A DNA stretch of 64,000 nt from positions 275 through 64,274 of the forward strand of contig JALWUQ010000034.1 of NCBI GenBank assembly GCA_026993075.1, in the 5' to 3' direction. The notes below the pieces were generated by a model. The model worked only from the letters and a program-made list of their open reading frames with translations. It did no database searches and had not been told where the DNA came from. Positions 18,479 to 30,121 of the stretch are shown piece after piece. This DNA is from Campylobacteraceae bacterium. GTDB taxonomy: Bacteria > Campylobacterota > Campylobacteria > Campylobacterales > JALSKU01. The position numbers and the translations under genes were made by a program. Every line of letters starts with the position of its first letter. Positions within the stretch are counted from its first letter, which is position 1.

Positions 18479-18892
18479 CTAACTTATCTCTCTTTTTGCA
18501 AAAAAGAAATCTATCTCTATCTTTGCATTTTCCAAGGAATCACTTCCATGAACTGCATTTGCATCAATATCTTTAGCAAAATCAGCTCTAATAGTTCCTT
18601 TTTCCGCCTCTTTTGGATTTGTTGCACCCATTAATTCTCTATTTTTAAGTACAGCATTTTCGCCTTCTAAGACTATCACAACAACAGCTCCACTAGTCAT
18701 AAATTCTACCAATGCATTGAAAAATGGTCTCTCAGCATGAACTGCATAAAAACTTTCAGCATCTTTTTTGCTTAGTTCAATCTTTTTCATAGCGGCAATT
18801 TTAAGGTCATTGCTTTCAAATCTATCTATAATTTTACCTATGACATTTTTTTTAACAGCATCAGGCTTTATAATAGAAAGTGTTTGTTCCAT
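18479..18892 (-). CDS. ndk: nucleoside diphosphate kinase
   Basis: 137 aa. NAVHGSDS active-site motif. Confidence 0.9.
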   Translation of the reverse strand: MEQTLSIIKPDAVKKNVIGKIIDRFESNDLKIAAMKKIELSKKDAESFYAVHAERPFFNALVEFMTSGAVVVIVLEGENAVLKNRELMGATNPKEAEKGTIRADFAKDIDANAVHGSDSLENAKIEIDFFFAKREIS

Positions 18893-19042
18893 AATATATC
18901 TCCAGTTTATAAAATAATTTTAAGAGAGGGATAATAGCAAACTTTTTATATGATTTAGATTAAATTAAAAAAATAAATAAGATATTGAAAAGATTTTGTG
19001 GAGAAAAAGACAAAAAAATTATTTTTTGCCTTTTTTTATTTT

Positions 19043-19321
19043 TTATTCTACGACTGGAGTTCCTGTTTCACCTCTGTCATCTCTTTTAGGTTGATCTGGT
19101 GCAACACTAGGATCATCCCATACAATACATCCTTCAGTTGGACAAGCTTCTGCACAAGCAGGGACATCATTGTGTCCTACGCATTCTACACATTTATCTG
19201 CATATACATAATAAATCTCTTCCCCTGTTGGGTTATCTTCATCATCAACTATAGCTTCAACTGGGCACTCATCTATACAGGCACCACAACTAATACATAT
19301 ATCTGTTATTTTTACAGCCAT
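19043..19321 (-). CDS. fdxA: 4Fe-4S ferredoxin
   Basis: 92 aa. The CISCGACIDECP and CVEC..CAEACP cysteine clusters are present. Confidence 0.8.
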   Translation of the reverse strand: MAVKITDICISCGACIDECPVEAIVDDEDNPTGEEIYYVYADKCVECVGHNDVPACAEACPTEGCIVWDDPSVAPDQPKRDDRGETGTPVVE

Positions 19322-19376
19322 TTCATCTCCTTTAAAAATTTACAAAAACTATACCAAATTTAAAATAAAACAGATA

Positions 19377-20534
19377 TTAAATTCCAAAATAGTTTTTAAT
19401 ATTATTAATTTTATTAATTTTCTCCCAAGTAAATTCAGGTAATTCTCTTCCAAAATGCCCATAACTCGCTGTTTTAGAATAAATTGGCCTAAGCAAATCT
19501 AATTCAGTTATAATACCTTTTGGGGTTAAATTAAATAATTCTGCGATACATTTTTCTATTTTATCATCACTAAATATTCCAGTATTTCCGGTATCTACCA
19601 TGATTGAAACTGGCTCAACTACTCCAATAGCATAAGCAATCTGAATTGTTGCTTTCTCACAAATACCGCTTGCGACAAGATTTTTAGCTATGTATCTACC
19701 CATATATGCTGCGCTTCTATCAACTTTTGTAGGATCTTTACCACTAAAAGCACCGCCTCCGTGAGGGCATGAACCACCATAAGTATCAACTATTATCTTT
19801 CGCCCCGTAAGCCCCGCATCTCCTTGAGGACCTCCAATAACAAATCTACCAGTGGGATTTATATGATATTTTATATTATCACAATCAATACCTTCTGGAA
19901 GCTCAGGTAGAACAATCTCTTCAATAACCGCATCTTTTAGTTTATTATATGGTACATCAGGTGAATGCTGGGTTGATATAACAATGGTATCAATAGCTTT
20001 TGGTTTACCATTTTCATACTTTATACTAACTTGCGCTTTTCCATCGGGTCTTAAAAAAGGAAGAACTCCACTTTTTCTTTTATTTGCTAATCCCAAAGTT
20101 AATTTATGGGCTAAATAGATAGGTAACGGCATAAAAGTATCAGTCTCATTGCAGGCATATCCAAACATCAACCCTTGATCTCCTGCACCTATTTCACCAT
20201 CTTCTTGATCAACACCTTGATTTATATCAGGGCTTTGTTCGCCAACTCCATTTAAAACTCCGGCACTCCTGTAATCAAATCCAAAATTAGCATCAGTATA
20301 GCCAATCTCTCTAATAACACCTCTTGCAATTTCTTGCATAGGTGCATAAATATTTGTCTTTATCTCACCGGCTATAACACAAAATCCATTTGACAAAAGA
20401 GTTTCACATGCAACTCTAGCCTTCGTATCTCTTTGAATAATATAATCAAGCACCGCATCACTGATTTGGTCAGCCATTTTATCAGGATGGCCCTCAGTAA
20501 CCGATTCACTTGTAAATAAAAAATTTTTTGCCAT
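19377..20534 (-). CDS. metK: S-adenosylmethionine synthetase
   Basis: 385 aa. [28 protein letters not shown] motifs. Confidence 0.92.
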   Translation of the reverse strand: MAKNFLFTSESVTEGHPDKMADQISDAVLDYIIQRDTKARVACETLLSNGFCVIAGEIKTNIYAPMQEIARGVIREIGYTDANFGFDYRSAGVLNGVGEQSPDINQGVDQEDGEIGAGDQGLMFGYACNETDTFMPLPIYLAHKLTLGLANKRKSGVLPFLRPDGKAQVSIKYENGKPKAIDTIVISTQHSPDVPYNKLKDAVIEEIVLPELPEGIDCDNIKYHINPTGRFVIGGPQGDAGLTGRKIIVDTYGGSCPHGGGAFSGKDPTKVDRSAAYMGRYIAKNLVASGICEKATIQIAYAIGVVEPVSIMVDTGNTGIFSDDKIEKCIAELFNLTPKGIITELDLLRPIYSKTASYGHFGRELPEFTWEKINKINNIKNYFGI

Positions 20535-20562
20535 AAAACAATCCTATATTAAAATTTATGTG

Positions 20563-20571
20563 ATTATACCA
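20563..20571 (-). promoter_or_regulatory. extended -10 box (TGGTATAAT) upstream of metK
   Basis: The minus strand reads TTTTGGTATAAT, about 28 nt upstream of the metK ATG. Confidence 0.45.
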
Positions 20572-20627
20572 AAAAATATTTAAAATTACTTCTTAATGTA
20601 ATATAGATTGATTTTTAAAAAATTATT

Positions 20628-20642
20628 TAATAATAATTATGA
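20628..20642 (+). promoter_or_regulatory. Fur-family (PerR-like) 7-1-7 operator candidate overlapping the ahpC -10
   Basis: TAATAAT-A-ATTATGA fits T-N-ATAAT-N-ATTAT-N-A. It overlaps the extended -10 TGATACAAT (20640-20648), 38 nt before the ahpC ATG. Such motifs arise easily in AT-rich DNA. Confidence 0.4.
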
Positions 20643-20685
20643 TACAATTTCATTGTTAATAAAAATTATTATTTAGGAGTATAAA

Positions 20686-21282
20686 ATGATTGTTACAAAT
20701 AAGGCACCAGATTTTACTGCGACCGCAGTATTGGGAAATAATGAAATAGTTGATGATTTTAATCTTTATGAAAATTTTGGAGAAAAAGGAACCGTAGTAT
20801 TTTTTTATCCACTTGATTTTACTTTTGTTTGTCCATCAGAAATAATCGCATTTGATCATAGACTTAGTGAATTTGCAGATCGTGGTATAAATGTGATTGG
20901 TATTTCTATTGACTCTCAATTCTCTCATTTTGCATGGAAAAACACTCCAGTAAATGAAGGTGGTATAGGACAGGTTAGATTTCCTTTGGTTGCTGATTTA
21001 AATAAACAAATTGCAAGAGATTTTGATGTCCTTCTCAATGAAAGTGTTGCACTAAGAGGCTCATTTCTTATTGATACAGACGGTACCGTAAGACATGCCG
21101 TAGTTAATGACTTGCCACTTGGAAGAAATATTGACGAAATGCTAAGAATGGTAGACAGTATGCTTTTTACCAATGAATATGGCGAAGTGTGCCCTGCTGG
21201 ATGGCACAAAGGCGAAGAAGGCATGAAAGCTTCAACTGATGGTGTGGCAGAATACCTCGATAAACACGCAAAAGAGCTTTAA
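20686..21282 (+). CDS. ahpC: alkyl hydroperoxide reductase / 2-Cys peroxiredoxin
   Basis: 198 aa. Peroxidatic FTFVCPSE and resolving EVCPAGW motifs. Confidence 0.9.
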   Translation: MIVTNKAPDFTATAVLGNNEIVDDFNLYENFGEKGTVVFFYPLDFTFVCPSEIIAFDHRLSEFADRGINVIGISIDSQFSHFAWKNTPVNEGGIGQVRFPLVADLNKQIARDFDVLLNESVALRGSFLIDTDGTVRHAVVNDLPLGRNIDEMLRMVDSMLFTNEYGEVCPAGWHKGEEGMKASTDGVAEYLDKHAKEL

Positions 21283-21294
21283 TAAATCAGGTAG

Positions 21295-23118
21295 TTAATG
21301 ATTTAAATCATTAACTACCTTCTTAGCCAACTGTTCTGGCAAAAGTTTTAAACTCTCTTCTACTATCTTAGTATTACCATGCTCTATAAACTTATCTTCA
21401 TACTCAAATGATACAAGACGAATATCTGTTATATTTTCATTTGTTAAAACTTCCAATATTGCAGATCCTACGCCACCACTTTTCACACTATCACTGAAAA
21501 TGTACCATTTTTTATATTTTTTAGATAAGCTGATTAAATTTTCTATATCTATAGGTTTCACAAATACTAAATCCAAAATAGCTGGGTCTAACTCTTCTTT
21601 TAAAATCTCAAAAACTTCACAGGCTTTTCCAACACCATTTCCATATCCGATAAAAAGTATATCTTTACCCTCTTTTAAAAGTTGTGATTTTCCTATTTTG
21701 TATGGTTTGGCAGGAAATTTGGAAGAATCTGAAAAATTACCTCTTGGATATCTAAAAGCACAAGGTGAGTGCATATCATACGCAAAATCTATAGAATATT
21801 TCATACTAAGCTCATCTCTAGGAGCAAAAATAGTCATATTTGGAATAGCTCTAAGATATGAAATATCAAATAGTCCCTGATGAGTTTCTCCATCTTCCCC
21901 AACTATACCGGCTCTGTCTATGGCAAATACAGCAGGTACTGCCATTATACAAATATCATGTATCACCTGGTCATAGGCTCTTTGTAAAAAAGTTGAATAT
22001 ATCGATATATATGGTTTGAAACCCTCTTTGGCCAATGCTGCCATGGATGTAACTGCGTGTTGTTCTGCGATACCTACATCCCAAAATCTATCCGGAAATG
22101 CATCCATGCATTTTTTCAAACCTGTTCCGCTTGGCATTGCTGCTGTTACACCAACAATATCCTCTTTTTTTTGTGCTAATTCATACAAATATTTACTAAA
22201 AAGAGTTGTAGCATCTTGAGTTCCTTTTTTCTTTTTTGGTTCACCTGTTTTCAAATCAAAAGGTCCCACTCCATGCCAATTTTCAAAATGACCCTCTGCT
22301 TTTGTATAACCTTTACCTTTTAAAGTTTGGGCATGGATTATAACCGGACCTTTAAACTTTTTTGCAATTTTCAAAGTATCAATAATCTCTTTTATATTAT
22401 GTCCGTCTATTGGACCAATATAGTCAATACCAAGCTCTTCAAAAAGCATACCTGGGGTTATCAGTTTCAACCAATCTTCAAATTTCCTAGCCATATAAGC
22501 TGCACTTTCAGGAACATGATTTAAAAATTTTTCTGTCTTCTTTTTAAATCTTTGAAAAGCATTTTCAGCCATTTTTTTTGATAAATATTTACTAATGGCT
22601 CCTATTGGCTTTGAGATACTCATCTCATTATCATTTAGTATAATAACTACTGGATATTTTTTATCCCCTAACTCATTCAAAGCTTCATAAACGATTCCTG
22701 CACTCATGGAGCCATCACCTATCAATGCAACTGGCAATCTATCTTCATTTTTCAATTTTATTGCTTTTGCAGCACCAACAGCCAAAGAGACAGAAGTAGA
22801 ACTATGTCCAGCTATAAAATAATCATATTTTGATTCTTTTGGTTTTGTATATCCGCTTATTCCTTTAAATTGTCTCAATGTTTCAAACTCATCCCATCTT
22901 CCACTTAATAATTTATGGGCATATGCTTGATGACTGACATCAAAAATGAAAGGATCTTTTTCCGAATCGAAAACAAAATGCATACCGACTATAAGCTCAA
23001 CTGCGCCTATTGGCGAGCTTAAATGACCGCCATTTTTACTGACAGTATCTAAAATCCTTTCTCTTATTTTTAAACTTAATTCTTTTAATTCTTCAATATT
23101 TTTATCTTTTATATTCAT
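21295..23118 (-). CDS. dxs: 1-deoxy-D-xylulose-5-phosphate synthase
   Basis: 607 aa. It has a TPP-binding GDG..NDN region, a transketolase-like pyrimidine-binding domain and a C-terminal domain. Confidence 0.9.
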   Translation of the reverse strand: MNIKDKNIEELKELSLKIRERILDTVSKNGGHLSSPIGAVELIVGMHFVFDSEKDPFIFDVSHQAYAHKLLSGRWDEFETLRQFKGISGYTKPKESKYDYFIAGHSSTSVSLAVGAAKAIKLKNEDRLPVALIGDGSMSAGIVYEALNELGDKKYPVVIILNDNEMSISKPIGAISKYLSKKMAENAFQRFKKKTEKFLNHVPESAAYMARKFEDWLKLITPGMLFEELGIDYIGPIDGHNIKEIIDTLKIAKKFKGPVIIHAQTLKGKGYTKAEGHFENWHGVGPFDLKTGEPKKKKGTQDATTLFSKYLYELAQKKEDIVGVTAAMPSGTGLKKCMDAFPDRFWDVGIAEQHAVTSMAALAKEGFKPYISIYSTFLQRAYDQVIHDICIMAVPAVFAIDRAGIVGEDGETHQGLFDISYLRAIPNMTIFAPRDELSMKYSIDFAYDMHSPCAFRYPRGNFSDSSKFPAKPYKIGKSQLLKEGKDILFIGYGNGVGKACEVFEILKEELDPAILDLVFVKPIDIENLISLSKKYKKWYIFSDSVKSGGVGSAILEVLTNENITDIRLVSFEYEDKFIEHGNTKIVEESLKLLPEQLAKKVVNDLNH

Positions 23119-23128
23119 GTTTTTTACT

Positions 23129-23905
23129 TTATAATTTTTCTGACAATAATTGTTTTGCTCTGTCTATTCTTGTATTTATATCCCCGTCTATATTGCCAAG
23201 ATCACTAAGCAATATAACTCCGCCTTCACTTATGGCATCATCTTTAAAAACTTCTATATTTTTAAATTGTGAAAAATTTTCTTTTATAAATTCATAATCT
23301 TTAGGATTTGTTTTTATACTTATTTTATTTGCATTTTTAATATCATTTATCAAATTTTTTGCCAATGATAATGCAATGTCACTACTATTTTTAGAAATCT
23401 CTTGTACAATAACCTCTTTTGCAATTTCAAGAGAGGCATGAGATAATTCATCTTTTAATGTATCCATATAAGTTTTGCATTCACCAAAAGTATCATCTAA
23501 CTTCCTAATTGAATTTTTATATTGTATTTTAAGATTTAAATACTCATCTTCAAGCTCTTTTTTTGCAAGATTATATCCTTTTTGTTCTCCTTCATGTAAA
23601 GCACTTTGTGTCTGCTTTTTTAATCTTTCTTCAAATTCTTTTTGACCTTCTTCTATCTTCATTTGTAACTTTACTATATCAGAAGACATTTTATCACTTT
23701 TTTCTAATAATTCTGATATAAATCCATCTTTTATCTCTTTATCTTCTTGCTCTTTAAGCTCATTTCCAAGATCCTTTTTTGGTTTTTTTTCATCAGAAAT
23801 TTCATCATTATGAGTAGTTTGGGAGCTCAATATTTTAAAATTATATTTTTGAATCAAATGCTGTTTGATTGAATCTGAATCAATTACATTTTTATTGTTA
23901 TTCAT
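23129..23905 (-). CDS. fliH: flagellar assembly protein FliH
   Basis: 258 aa, acidic coiled-coil protein immediately after fliG. Confidence 0.7.
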   Translation of the reverse strand: MNNNKNVIDSDSIKQHLIQKYNFKILSSQTTHNDEISDEKKPKKDLGNELKEQEDKEIKDGFISELLEKSDKMSSDIVKLQMKIEEGQKEFEERLKKQTQSALHEGEQKGYNLAKKELEDEYLNLKIQYKNSIRKLDDTFGECKTYMDTLKDELSHASLEIAKEVIVQEISKNSSDIALSLAKNLINDIKNANKISIKTNPKDYEFIKENFSQFKNIEVFKDDAISEGGVILLSDLGNIDGDINTRIDRAKQLLSEKL

Positions 23906-23912
23906 CTTTTAA

Positions 23913-24941
23913 TTACTCTATCATCTCATCGGATTCACCGATTTGTATAACGCCTTGTTCGGCCAGTTTTTGAACCTCTTCGACGATTTTTCTTTGAGCC
24001 TCTTCCACATCTTTTACTCTTACAGCCCCTAAAAACTGCATTTCTTCTGTAAAAGCTTCCTGTGCTCTTTGAGACATACTACTCATAAATTTATCTCTAA
24101 GTTCTTCCTGGGCACCTTTTAATGCTATCATCAAATCTTTTTTATCAGCAACTTTTAATATCTCTCTTATCCCGTTATTATCCATTTTTATAATATCTTC
24201 AAAAGTAAACATCATATCTTTTATAATATTGGATAGCTTTTCATCATTTTGCTCGATCAGACTAAGAGTAGATTTAGCAGCTTTTTGCCCTAATCTGTTG
24301 AGTATCTCAGCAACTGCTCTTGGTCCTCCAACTTCCACTTTGTAAGAAGTAAGAGATTCGAGTTTGCTTTCTAATATAGTAGATACTCTCTTGATAATCG
24401 AAGGAGATATGTCTCCCAAATTTGCCATTCTTATAGTAATCTCGCTCCTAAGCTCATCCGGGAAAAAACTTATGGTTTCTGCTGCATTATTTGGGTCCAT
24501 GTGTGCTAAAATCAACGCAATAGTTTGAGGATGCTCATTGACAATAAAATCAGAAAGTTGTTGTGGTTTAACTTGGTCTAAATATCCGAAACTTTGTACA
24601 CTATCTATAGACTTTGACAAACTTTCAAGTATTTTTTGAGCTTCTTCTGTTCCTAATGTTCTATATAAGATATCCTTTGCATACTCCATTCCGCCACTTC
24701 TTATATACTGATTTGATTGAAATATTGCATAAAATTCTTCCAAAATGGCAGTTGCAATTTGCTTGTCAATATCCTTTGCTCTGGCAATATATTTTGATAT
24801 CTCAGTTATGGTTTCAATATTCATATTTGAAAAAAGATTTGCAGTAGTATCTTCTCCTAATTGTATTAAAAATATAGCAATCTTCTCTGCCATTGTTAAA
24901 CTGTCATATATAGCCTGCTGATCTTTACTCAATTTAATCAA
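23913..24941 (-). CDS. fliG: flagellar motor switch protein FliG
   Basis: 342 aa. Typical FliG middle and C-terminal domains (..MFTFEDI.., ..RVKDVEEAQRKIV..). Confidence 0.9.
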   Translation of the reverse strand: MIKLSKDQQAIYDSLTMAEKIAIFLIQLGEDTTANLFSNMNIETITEISKYIARAKDIDKQIATAILEEFYAIFQSNQYIRSGGMEYAKDILYRTLGTEEAQKILESLSKSIDSVQSFGYLDQVKPQQLSDFIVNEHPQTIALILAHMDPNNAAETISFFPDELRSEITIRMANLGDISPSIIKRVSTILESKLESLTSYKVEVGGPRAVAEILNRLGQKAAKSTLSLIEQNDEKLSNIIKDMMFTFEDIIKMDNNGIREILKVADKKDLMIALKGAQEELRDKFMSSMSQRAQEAFTEEMQFLGAVRVKDVEEAQRKIVEEVQKLAEQGVIQIGESDEMIE

Positions 24942-26659
24942 GCTTTTTCCTTATTTAAAGACATTTTTTTATTTATATCTCGCTCACTTCTAAAAAGTGA
25001 TTCTATAATACTTGCTGTTTCATCTGCTTTACTATCTACCAACCCTTTTAATTTATCAAGTAAGACATCATATTTAACCTCTTCTTCATTGAACTCTCCT
25101 TCAAATCCAAGCTGCTCTTCAACTTTTCTTTTCATTGCTCTAAATTTATCAAGTGTATCTTCAGCAGATTCTTCTTCATTTGCAACCTCTTTTTCCAATC
25201 TCTCTTCATGGTCTTCATAAGTAGTTTCCAACATTTTTTTACCAAATGGAACAATGACTTTCTTATAAAAAATAAAAAGTAATAATATAGCAATCAAAAA
25301 TTTCAGTATTGGTACAACTGGGGCAATATATTGTTGTGCTTTATCTACTAAAGTTTGGGTTATCGGAGCATTGCCTCCTTTGGTTAACGGCTTAAATTCA
25401 AAACTACTCACAGTAACCGCGTCTCCTCTTTTAGCATTGAAACCAATAGCCTGCTCCACAAGAGCTTTTATCTTTTTTAACTCATTTGCAGATAAAGGTA
25501 CATACTCTTTTCCTATAACCTTTCCACTTTTATTTAATTTATTTTTATATTTGCCGTCTACCACAACAGCAGCTGTCAATCTTTTTAAGATAGCAAACTG
25601 ACCTTTTGACTTTAAAACCTTTTTTGATATCTCATAATTAGTGGTGGTAGTACTTTTTGTATATATCTCTTTTTGTTGTCCATTGCTATTTGAGCCCTGG
25701 GTAGGTCCTATGTTACTAACAGCACCAGGAACTCCTTCTGCTGGCTTTTGAATTGTACCTTGTTTTTTAATTTCCTCGCTTTGCTCACTTCTTGGAACAG
25801 AATTTGGATCATATATTTCATTTGATACACTTGTTCTATCAAAATCAAAATCCGTACTTACTCTTGCTACAACATTATTTGCCCCTCCTACAATGGGAGC
25901 TAAAACTTTTTGAATTTTGTTTTCATAAGAATTTTCAATAATCTTTTTATATTGTAATTGTGCTTTTATAGCATCAGAATCAAAACCATTTTCATTATTA
26001 CCAAGAGTAACACCGTTTGAATCTATTACTTTTACATAATTTGCATTCAACTTTGGAACTGATGAGGCAACAAGATTTTTTATACCGATAATTTGTTTGT
26101 TTGATAATTTTGTCATTGGTTTTAAATAAACTACTACTGAAGCAGTAGGAGGAATATTGTTTTGTGAAAAAACACTAGGCTTTGGCAGCGCAATACGAAC
26201 ACTAGCCCTTTCAATAGGATCCAACCCTTGAACAGTTCTGGATAATTCTCCTTCCAAAGCCCTTAAATATTTAATTTGTTGTTCAAAATCAGTACTTCCA
26301 AAACTTTGTTTATCAAAAATCTCAAATCCAACTTTACCATCTTTTGGCAATCCCAAAGCAGAAATTGCAATTCTTTCTTTATAAACAATACTACTTGGAA
26401 CTTCTATAGTACTTGAACCTGTGATTTTATATGGTACATTATTTTTATTTAACTGCTGTATTATTAAAGCCGAATCACTTGGAGATATTTTATCGAAAAG
26501 AACACTATATTTGGAATTGGCACTACTTTTATTATATAGAATTAAAAAAACTAAAAATCCTACCAATGACACAAGAGATATAGCAATAACACTTTTCTGC
26601 TTTATTGTAAGTTTTTGTATTGTATCGGTTATTTGTTGTAAAAGTGCCTTAAAATCCAT
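24938..26659 (-). CDS. fliF: flagellar MS-ring protein FliF
   Basis: 573 aa. It has N- and C-proximal TM segments and a YscJ/FliF-family periplasmic domain. It overlaps fliG by 4 nt. Confidence 0.9.
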   Translation of the reverse strand: MDFKALLQQITDTIQKLTIKQKSVIAISLVSLVGFLVFLILYNKSSANSKYSVLFDKISPSDSALIIQQLNKNNVPYKITGSSTIEVPSSIVYKERIAISALGLPKDGKVGFEIFDKQSFGSTDFEQQIKYLRALEGELSRTVQGLDPIERASVRIALPKPSVFSQNNIPPTASVVVYLKPMTKLSNKQIIGIKNLVASSVPKLNANYVKVIDSNGVTLGNNENGFDSDAIKAQLQYKKIIENSYENKIQKVLAPIVGGANNVVARVSTDFDFDRTSVSNEIYDPNSVPRSEQSEEIKKQGTIQKPAEGVPGAVSNIGPTQGSNSNGQQKEIYTKSTTTTNYEISKKVLKSKGQFAILKRLTAAVVVDGKYKNKLNKSGKVIGKEYVPLSANELKKIKALVEQAIGFNAKRGDAVTVSSFEFKPLTKGGNAPITQTLVDKAQQYIAPVVPILKFLIAILLLFIFYKKVIVPFGKKMLETTYEDHEERLEKEVANEEESAEDTLDKFRAMKRKVEEQLGFEGEFNEEEVKYDVLLDKLKGLVDSKADETASIIESLFRSERDINKKMSLNKEKA

Positions 26660-26661
26660 CC

Positions 26662-27768
26662 CTATCCTGCATTATAAATTGTAGAAAATATATTAAAAAA
26701 TTTACTGTTTTCCTCTTTGGTGCCAACAGTAATTCTAACAGCATTGAGTCCATAAGTCTTCAAGTCCCTAATTATTATACCTTTTTTTAACAAAGAATCT
26801 GCAATATAAGTAGAATTTTTATCATTTTTTAGCAAAAAAGTAATAAAATTTGTATAACTTGGTATAAAATTTATATTTAAGTCACTTGCAAATTTCTCAT
26901 ATCGCTTCATTTGTAAAAAATTATTTTTTATTGAATTCTGAACAAAAGCATCATCCCTTAAAGCTTCAACAGCCGCTTTTAAACTTAGCGTTGTTATATT
27001 AAACGGCGGTCTGAGTTTCATTAATGTAGAAATTATATCATTTTGTGCAATCCCATACCCTACTCTCATGCCTCCTAACCCATAAGCTTTTGAAAATGTT
27101 CCAAGATATATGGTATTTGGAAATTTTTTAATAATATCATTTGGATTAATCTTCATATCTTTATCTTTAAAAGCTGCATACTCTTGATATGCACCGTCAA
27201 TCACAACTAAAGTATCATTATCTATCTTTTCTAAAAACTTATAAACTTTATTTTTCTCAATAGACTCCCCTATTGGATTATTTGGCAAACACAAAAATAT
27301 AATCTTTATATCTTTTTCATTATTATAAATTTCTAAGAATTCATCAAGATTGTGAGTATCAGAAATAGTTTTTAGTATTTTTGTCCCAACTGCTTTTGCA
27401 TATATTTCATACATTGCGAATGTAGTTTTTGCCATTAATACTTTGGAATTTTTATTTGATTTTGCTCTTACTATAAATTCCAATATTTGATCACTCCCGG
27501 CACCTATAATGATGTTTGAATCCAAAACACCAAACCTTTTAGACAACCCCTCTTTTAATTTGTACATGCTGTCATCTGGATACAAATGTATCTTATTGCA
27601 TATTTGCTTTAGTGCATCAACAACCTTTGGACTACTGCCATAAGGATTTTCATTGCTTGCAAGTTTTATAACATCTTTGGCATCTATACCAAACTCTCTT
27701 ACAACCAACTCTATAGGTTTACCCGCAGAGTAATTTTTTATATCTCTTAATTCTTCATTAAAGTTCAT
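26662..27768 (-). CDS. hisC: histidinol-phosphate aminotransferase
   Basis: It carries LASNENP, and the PLP lysine sits in the [14 protein letters not shown] context. I prefer the ATG at 27768 (MNFNEEL.., GAGGAA RBS) over the TTG at 27789. Confidence 0.85.
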   Translation of the reverse strand: MNFNEELRDIKNYSAGKPIELVVREFGIDAKDVIKLASNENPYGSSPKVVDALKQICNKIHLYPDDSMYKLKEGLSKRFGVLDSNIIIGAGSDQILEFIVRAKSNKNSKVLMAKTTFAMYEIYAKAVGTKILKTISDTHNLDEFLEIYNNEKDIKIIFLCLPNNPIGESIEKNKVYKFLEKIDNDTLVVIDGAYQEYAAFKDKDMKINPNDIIKKFPNTIYLGTFSKAYGLGGMRVGYGIAQNDIISTLMKLRPPFNITTLSLKAAVEALRDDAFVQNSIKNNFLQMKRYEKFASDLNINFIPSYTNFITFLLKNDKNSTYIADSLLKKGIIIRDLKTYGLNAVRITVGTKEENSKFFNIFSTIYNAG

Positions 27769-27785
27769 GTATTCCTCGCTGTTTA

Positions 27786-28844
27786 TCAATCATTTTTAAA
27801 ACTATAACTCCCAAGCCATTTTATCTCATAATCTCCTCTTAATACATTTTGTACTTTTTCATCATCAATATAACCTTCAAAATCAAGATAAAAAACAGTT
27901 TCAAAGCTACTATTTTTTAGTGGTCTGGATTCAATTTTCGTTAAATTAACTTTTTCCTGCTCAAACTTTTTTAAAAATTTTACCAAACTTCCGGGTTCAT
28001 CTTTTGTTTTAGCCAAAATAGATGTTTTATTTTTCTTTGCTTTTTTATTTTTAAAATCACTAAGTATTAAAAATCTTGTTTTATTTGCCAAATTATCTTC
28101 TATCTTATCAAATAAAATTGGTAATTTATACATTTTTGCACCAATCTTAGAACAAATAGCTGCAGAAGCGGGATCTTTTAAAGACATTTTTGCCGCTTCG
28201 GCAGTAGATCTAGTAGGTATAAATTCTAAATCCAAAAGCATATATTCTTCTAAAAACTGTCTGCATTGATTGTACCCTTGCGGGTGTGAATATATCCTTT
28301 TTATACTACCTAAACTGTCATTTAGCGAAGCAAAAGAGTGGTGAATATCCATAATAAATTCAGCAACAATTTTAGAATTATATTTTCCTAAACAATCAAG
28401 CGTAATTCCTACAATACCGTCTGTATTGTTTTCAATGGGAACGACCCCATATTTTGCCTCCTTGTTTTCTAATATTTTAAAAATAGCTTCTATAGTATTT
28501 AAAGATAAATAATCTGCATAAGCACCAAATCTACTCTGTGCAGCTTGGTGAGTAAAGCTTCCCTTAGGACCAAGATAAGCGACTCTCTCTGGAAGTTCCA
28601 AATTTCTGCTAGCAGCAAATATCTCAAGGTATATTGCTTCTATTGCATCATCATTTATATCATTTTTTTTATTCTTTTTTAATCTTTCAAGTATTTCTTG
28701 CTCTCTTTCTGGTCTGTATATCGCACCCCCGCTTTTATGCTTTAGTTCGCCTACACTTTTGACAATCTTCATTCTCTCTTCAAGTAATTTTAAAATAGTA
28801 TCGTCAATAGAGTCTATCTTATCTCTTAATTTGTCTAAATTCAT
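27786..28844 (-). CDS. pheA: bifunctional chorismate mutase / prephenate dehydratase
   Basis: 352 aa. N-terminal CM helix ([20 protein letters not shown]), PDT domain, C-terminal ACT domain. Confidence 0.88.
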   Translation of the reverse strand: MNLDKLRDKIDSIDDTILKLLEERMKIVKSVGELKHKSGGAIYRPEREQEILERLKKNKKNDINDDAIEAIYLEIFAASRNLELPERVAYLGPKGSFTHQAAQSRFGAYADYLSLNTIEAIFKILENKEAKYGVVPIENNTDGIVGITLDCLGKYNSKIVAEFIMDIHHSFASLNDSLGSIKRIYSHPQGYNQCRQFLEEYMLLDLEFIPTRSTAEAAKMSLKDPASAAICSKIGAKMYKLPILFDKIEDNLANKTRFLILSDFKNKKAKKNKTSILAKTKDEPGSLVKFLKKFEQEKVNLTKIESRPLKNSSFETVFYLDFEGYIDDEKVQNVLRGDYEIKWLGSYSFKND

Positions 28845-30049
28845 TATAAAAACTCTTTTTCCAATCTTATCATATCTTCAAAGCTCTCTCTTTTTCTAAT
28901 CATCATATCCATATCACCTTTTATAGCAACCTCACATGCTCTGCCTCTTGAATTATAATTACTGCTCATAGTAAATCCGTAAGCACCCGCACTTTTTATC
29001 AACAGCAAATCTCCATGACTTAGTATTGGTAAATCAATATTTTTTGCAAAAAAGTCACTACTTTCGCAAACAGGACCAACCACATCGCATTTTGATACAT
29101 TAACATTATTGTTGCATACCACTTCTATCTTATGATATGTTTTATAAAGAGCCGGTCTTATCAAGTCATTCATACCTGCATCTACTACAATAAATCTTTT
29201 AAAGTTATTACTTTTTTCATATAAAACGGTTGTAAGAAAATATCCGTTATTGCCAATAATGTATCTCCCTGGTTCACAAATGACACTAACATCCAAACCT
29301 TTTAATGCCCCAAAAATACTCTGTGCATAATCATATAGTTTTATAGTTTTTTCATCTTGATATTTTATCCCTATACCTCCACCAACATCAAAAAATCTTA
29401 TATCTACGCCTAAAACCTTTAAACTTTTTAACATTGAGGCGACTATTTCACTCGCCTCTGAAATCGGTTTCAAATCAGTAAGTTGACTTCCTATATGAAA
29501 ATGTATTCCGACAGGTTCCAAATATTTTGAATCTTTTGCCAAGATATAAAGCTGTTTTGCCTTTGGTATATCAATACCAAACTTATTTTCATTTAATCCT
29601 GTTGATATATATGGATGGGTGTGTGCATCTATATTTGGATTTACTCTTATACTTATTCTTGCAATTTTATCTAATTTTGCCGCTATTAGCTCAATCCGGT
29701 GATATTCTGCTTCACTTTCTATATTTATCATTAAAATATCTCTTAAGATTGCTTCTTCTATTTCTTCATCTCTTTTCCCAACGCCGCTAAAAATAATCTT
29801 ATATTTGGGTATTCCTGCCTTCATAGCTCTTTTAACTTCCCCTATAGAAACACAATCGGCACCACTTCCTAAGCTTGCTAAATGTTTTAAAACAGATAAA
29901 TTTGAATTTGCTTTTACAGCATAACAGATAAGTGACTTTCTTGCCTTAAAAGCTTCTTTTAATTGTATATAATTTTTTTCAATACCATCAAAATCATATA
30001 TGTACAAAGGAGTATTATATTTTTTTGCTAAATTTTTAAAATCAATCAT
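28844..30049 (-). CDS. lysA: diaminopimelate decarboxylase
   Basis: 401 aa. The PLP-lysine motif YAVKANSN and the GGGIGI and CESSD motifs are present. Confidence 0.9.
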   Translation of the reverse strand: MIDFKNLAKKYNTPLYIYDFDGIEKNYIQLKEAFKARKSLICYAVKANSNLSVLKHLASLGSGADCVSIGEVKRAMKAGIPKYKIIFSGVGKRDEEIEEAILRDILMINIESEAEYHRIELIAAKLDKIARISIRVNPNIDAHTHPYISTGLNENKFGIDIPKAKQLYILAKDSKYLEPVGIHFHIGSQLTDLKPISEASEIVASMLKSLKVLGVDIRFFDVGGGIGIKYQDEKTIKLYDYAQSIFGALKGLDVSVICEPGRYIIGNNGYFLTTVLYEKSNNFKRFIVVDAGMNDLIRPALYKTYHKIEVVCNNNVNVSKCDVVGPVCESSDFFAKNIDLPILSHGDLLLIKSAGAYGFTMSSNYNSRGRACEVAIKGDMDMMIRKRESFEDMIRLEKEFL

Positions 30050-30075
30050 TTAATACCTTTAAAAATAGTAGACTT

Positions 30076-30084
30076 ATTATACCA
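30076..30084 (-). promoter_or_regulatory. extended -10 box (TGGTATAAT) of the lysA-pheA-hisC run
   Basis: The minus strand reads TTTTGGTATAAT, 27 nt upstream of the lysA ATG. Confidence 0.5.
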
Positions 30085-30121
30085 AAAATAATATAAAAAT
30101 GATTTTATTATGCAATAAAGC

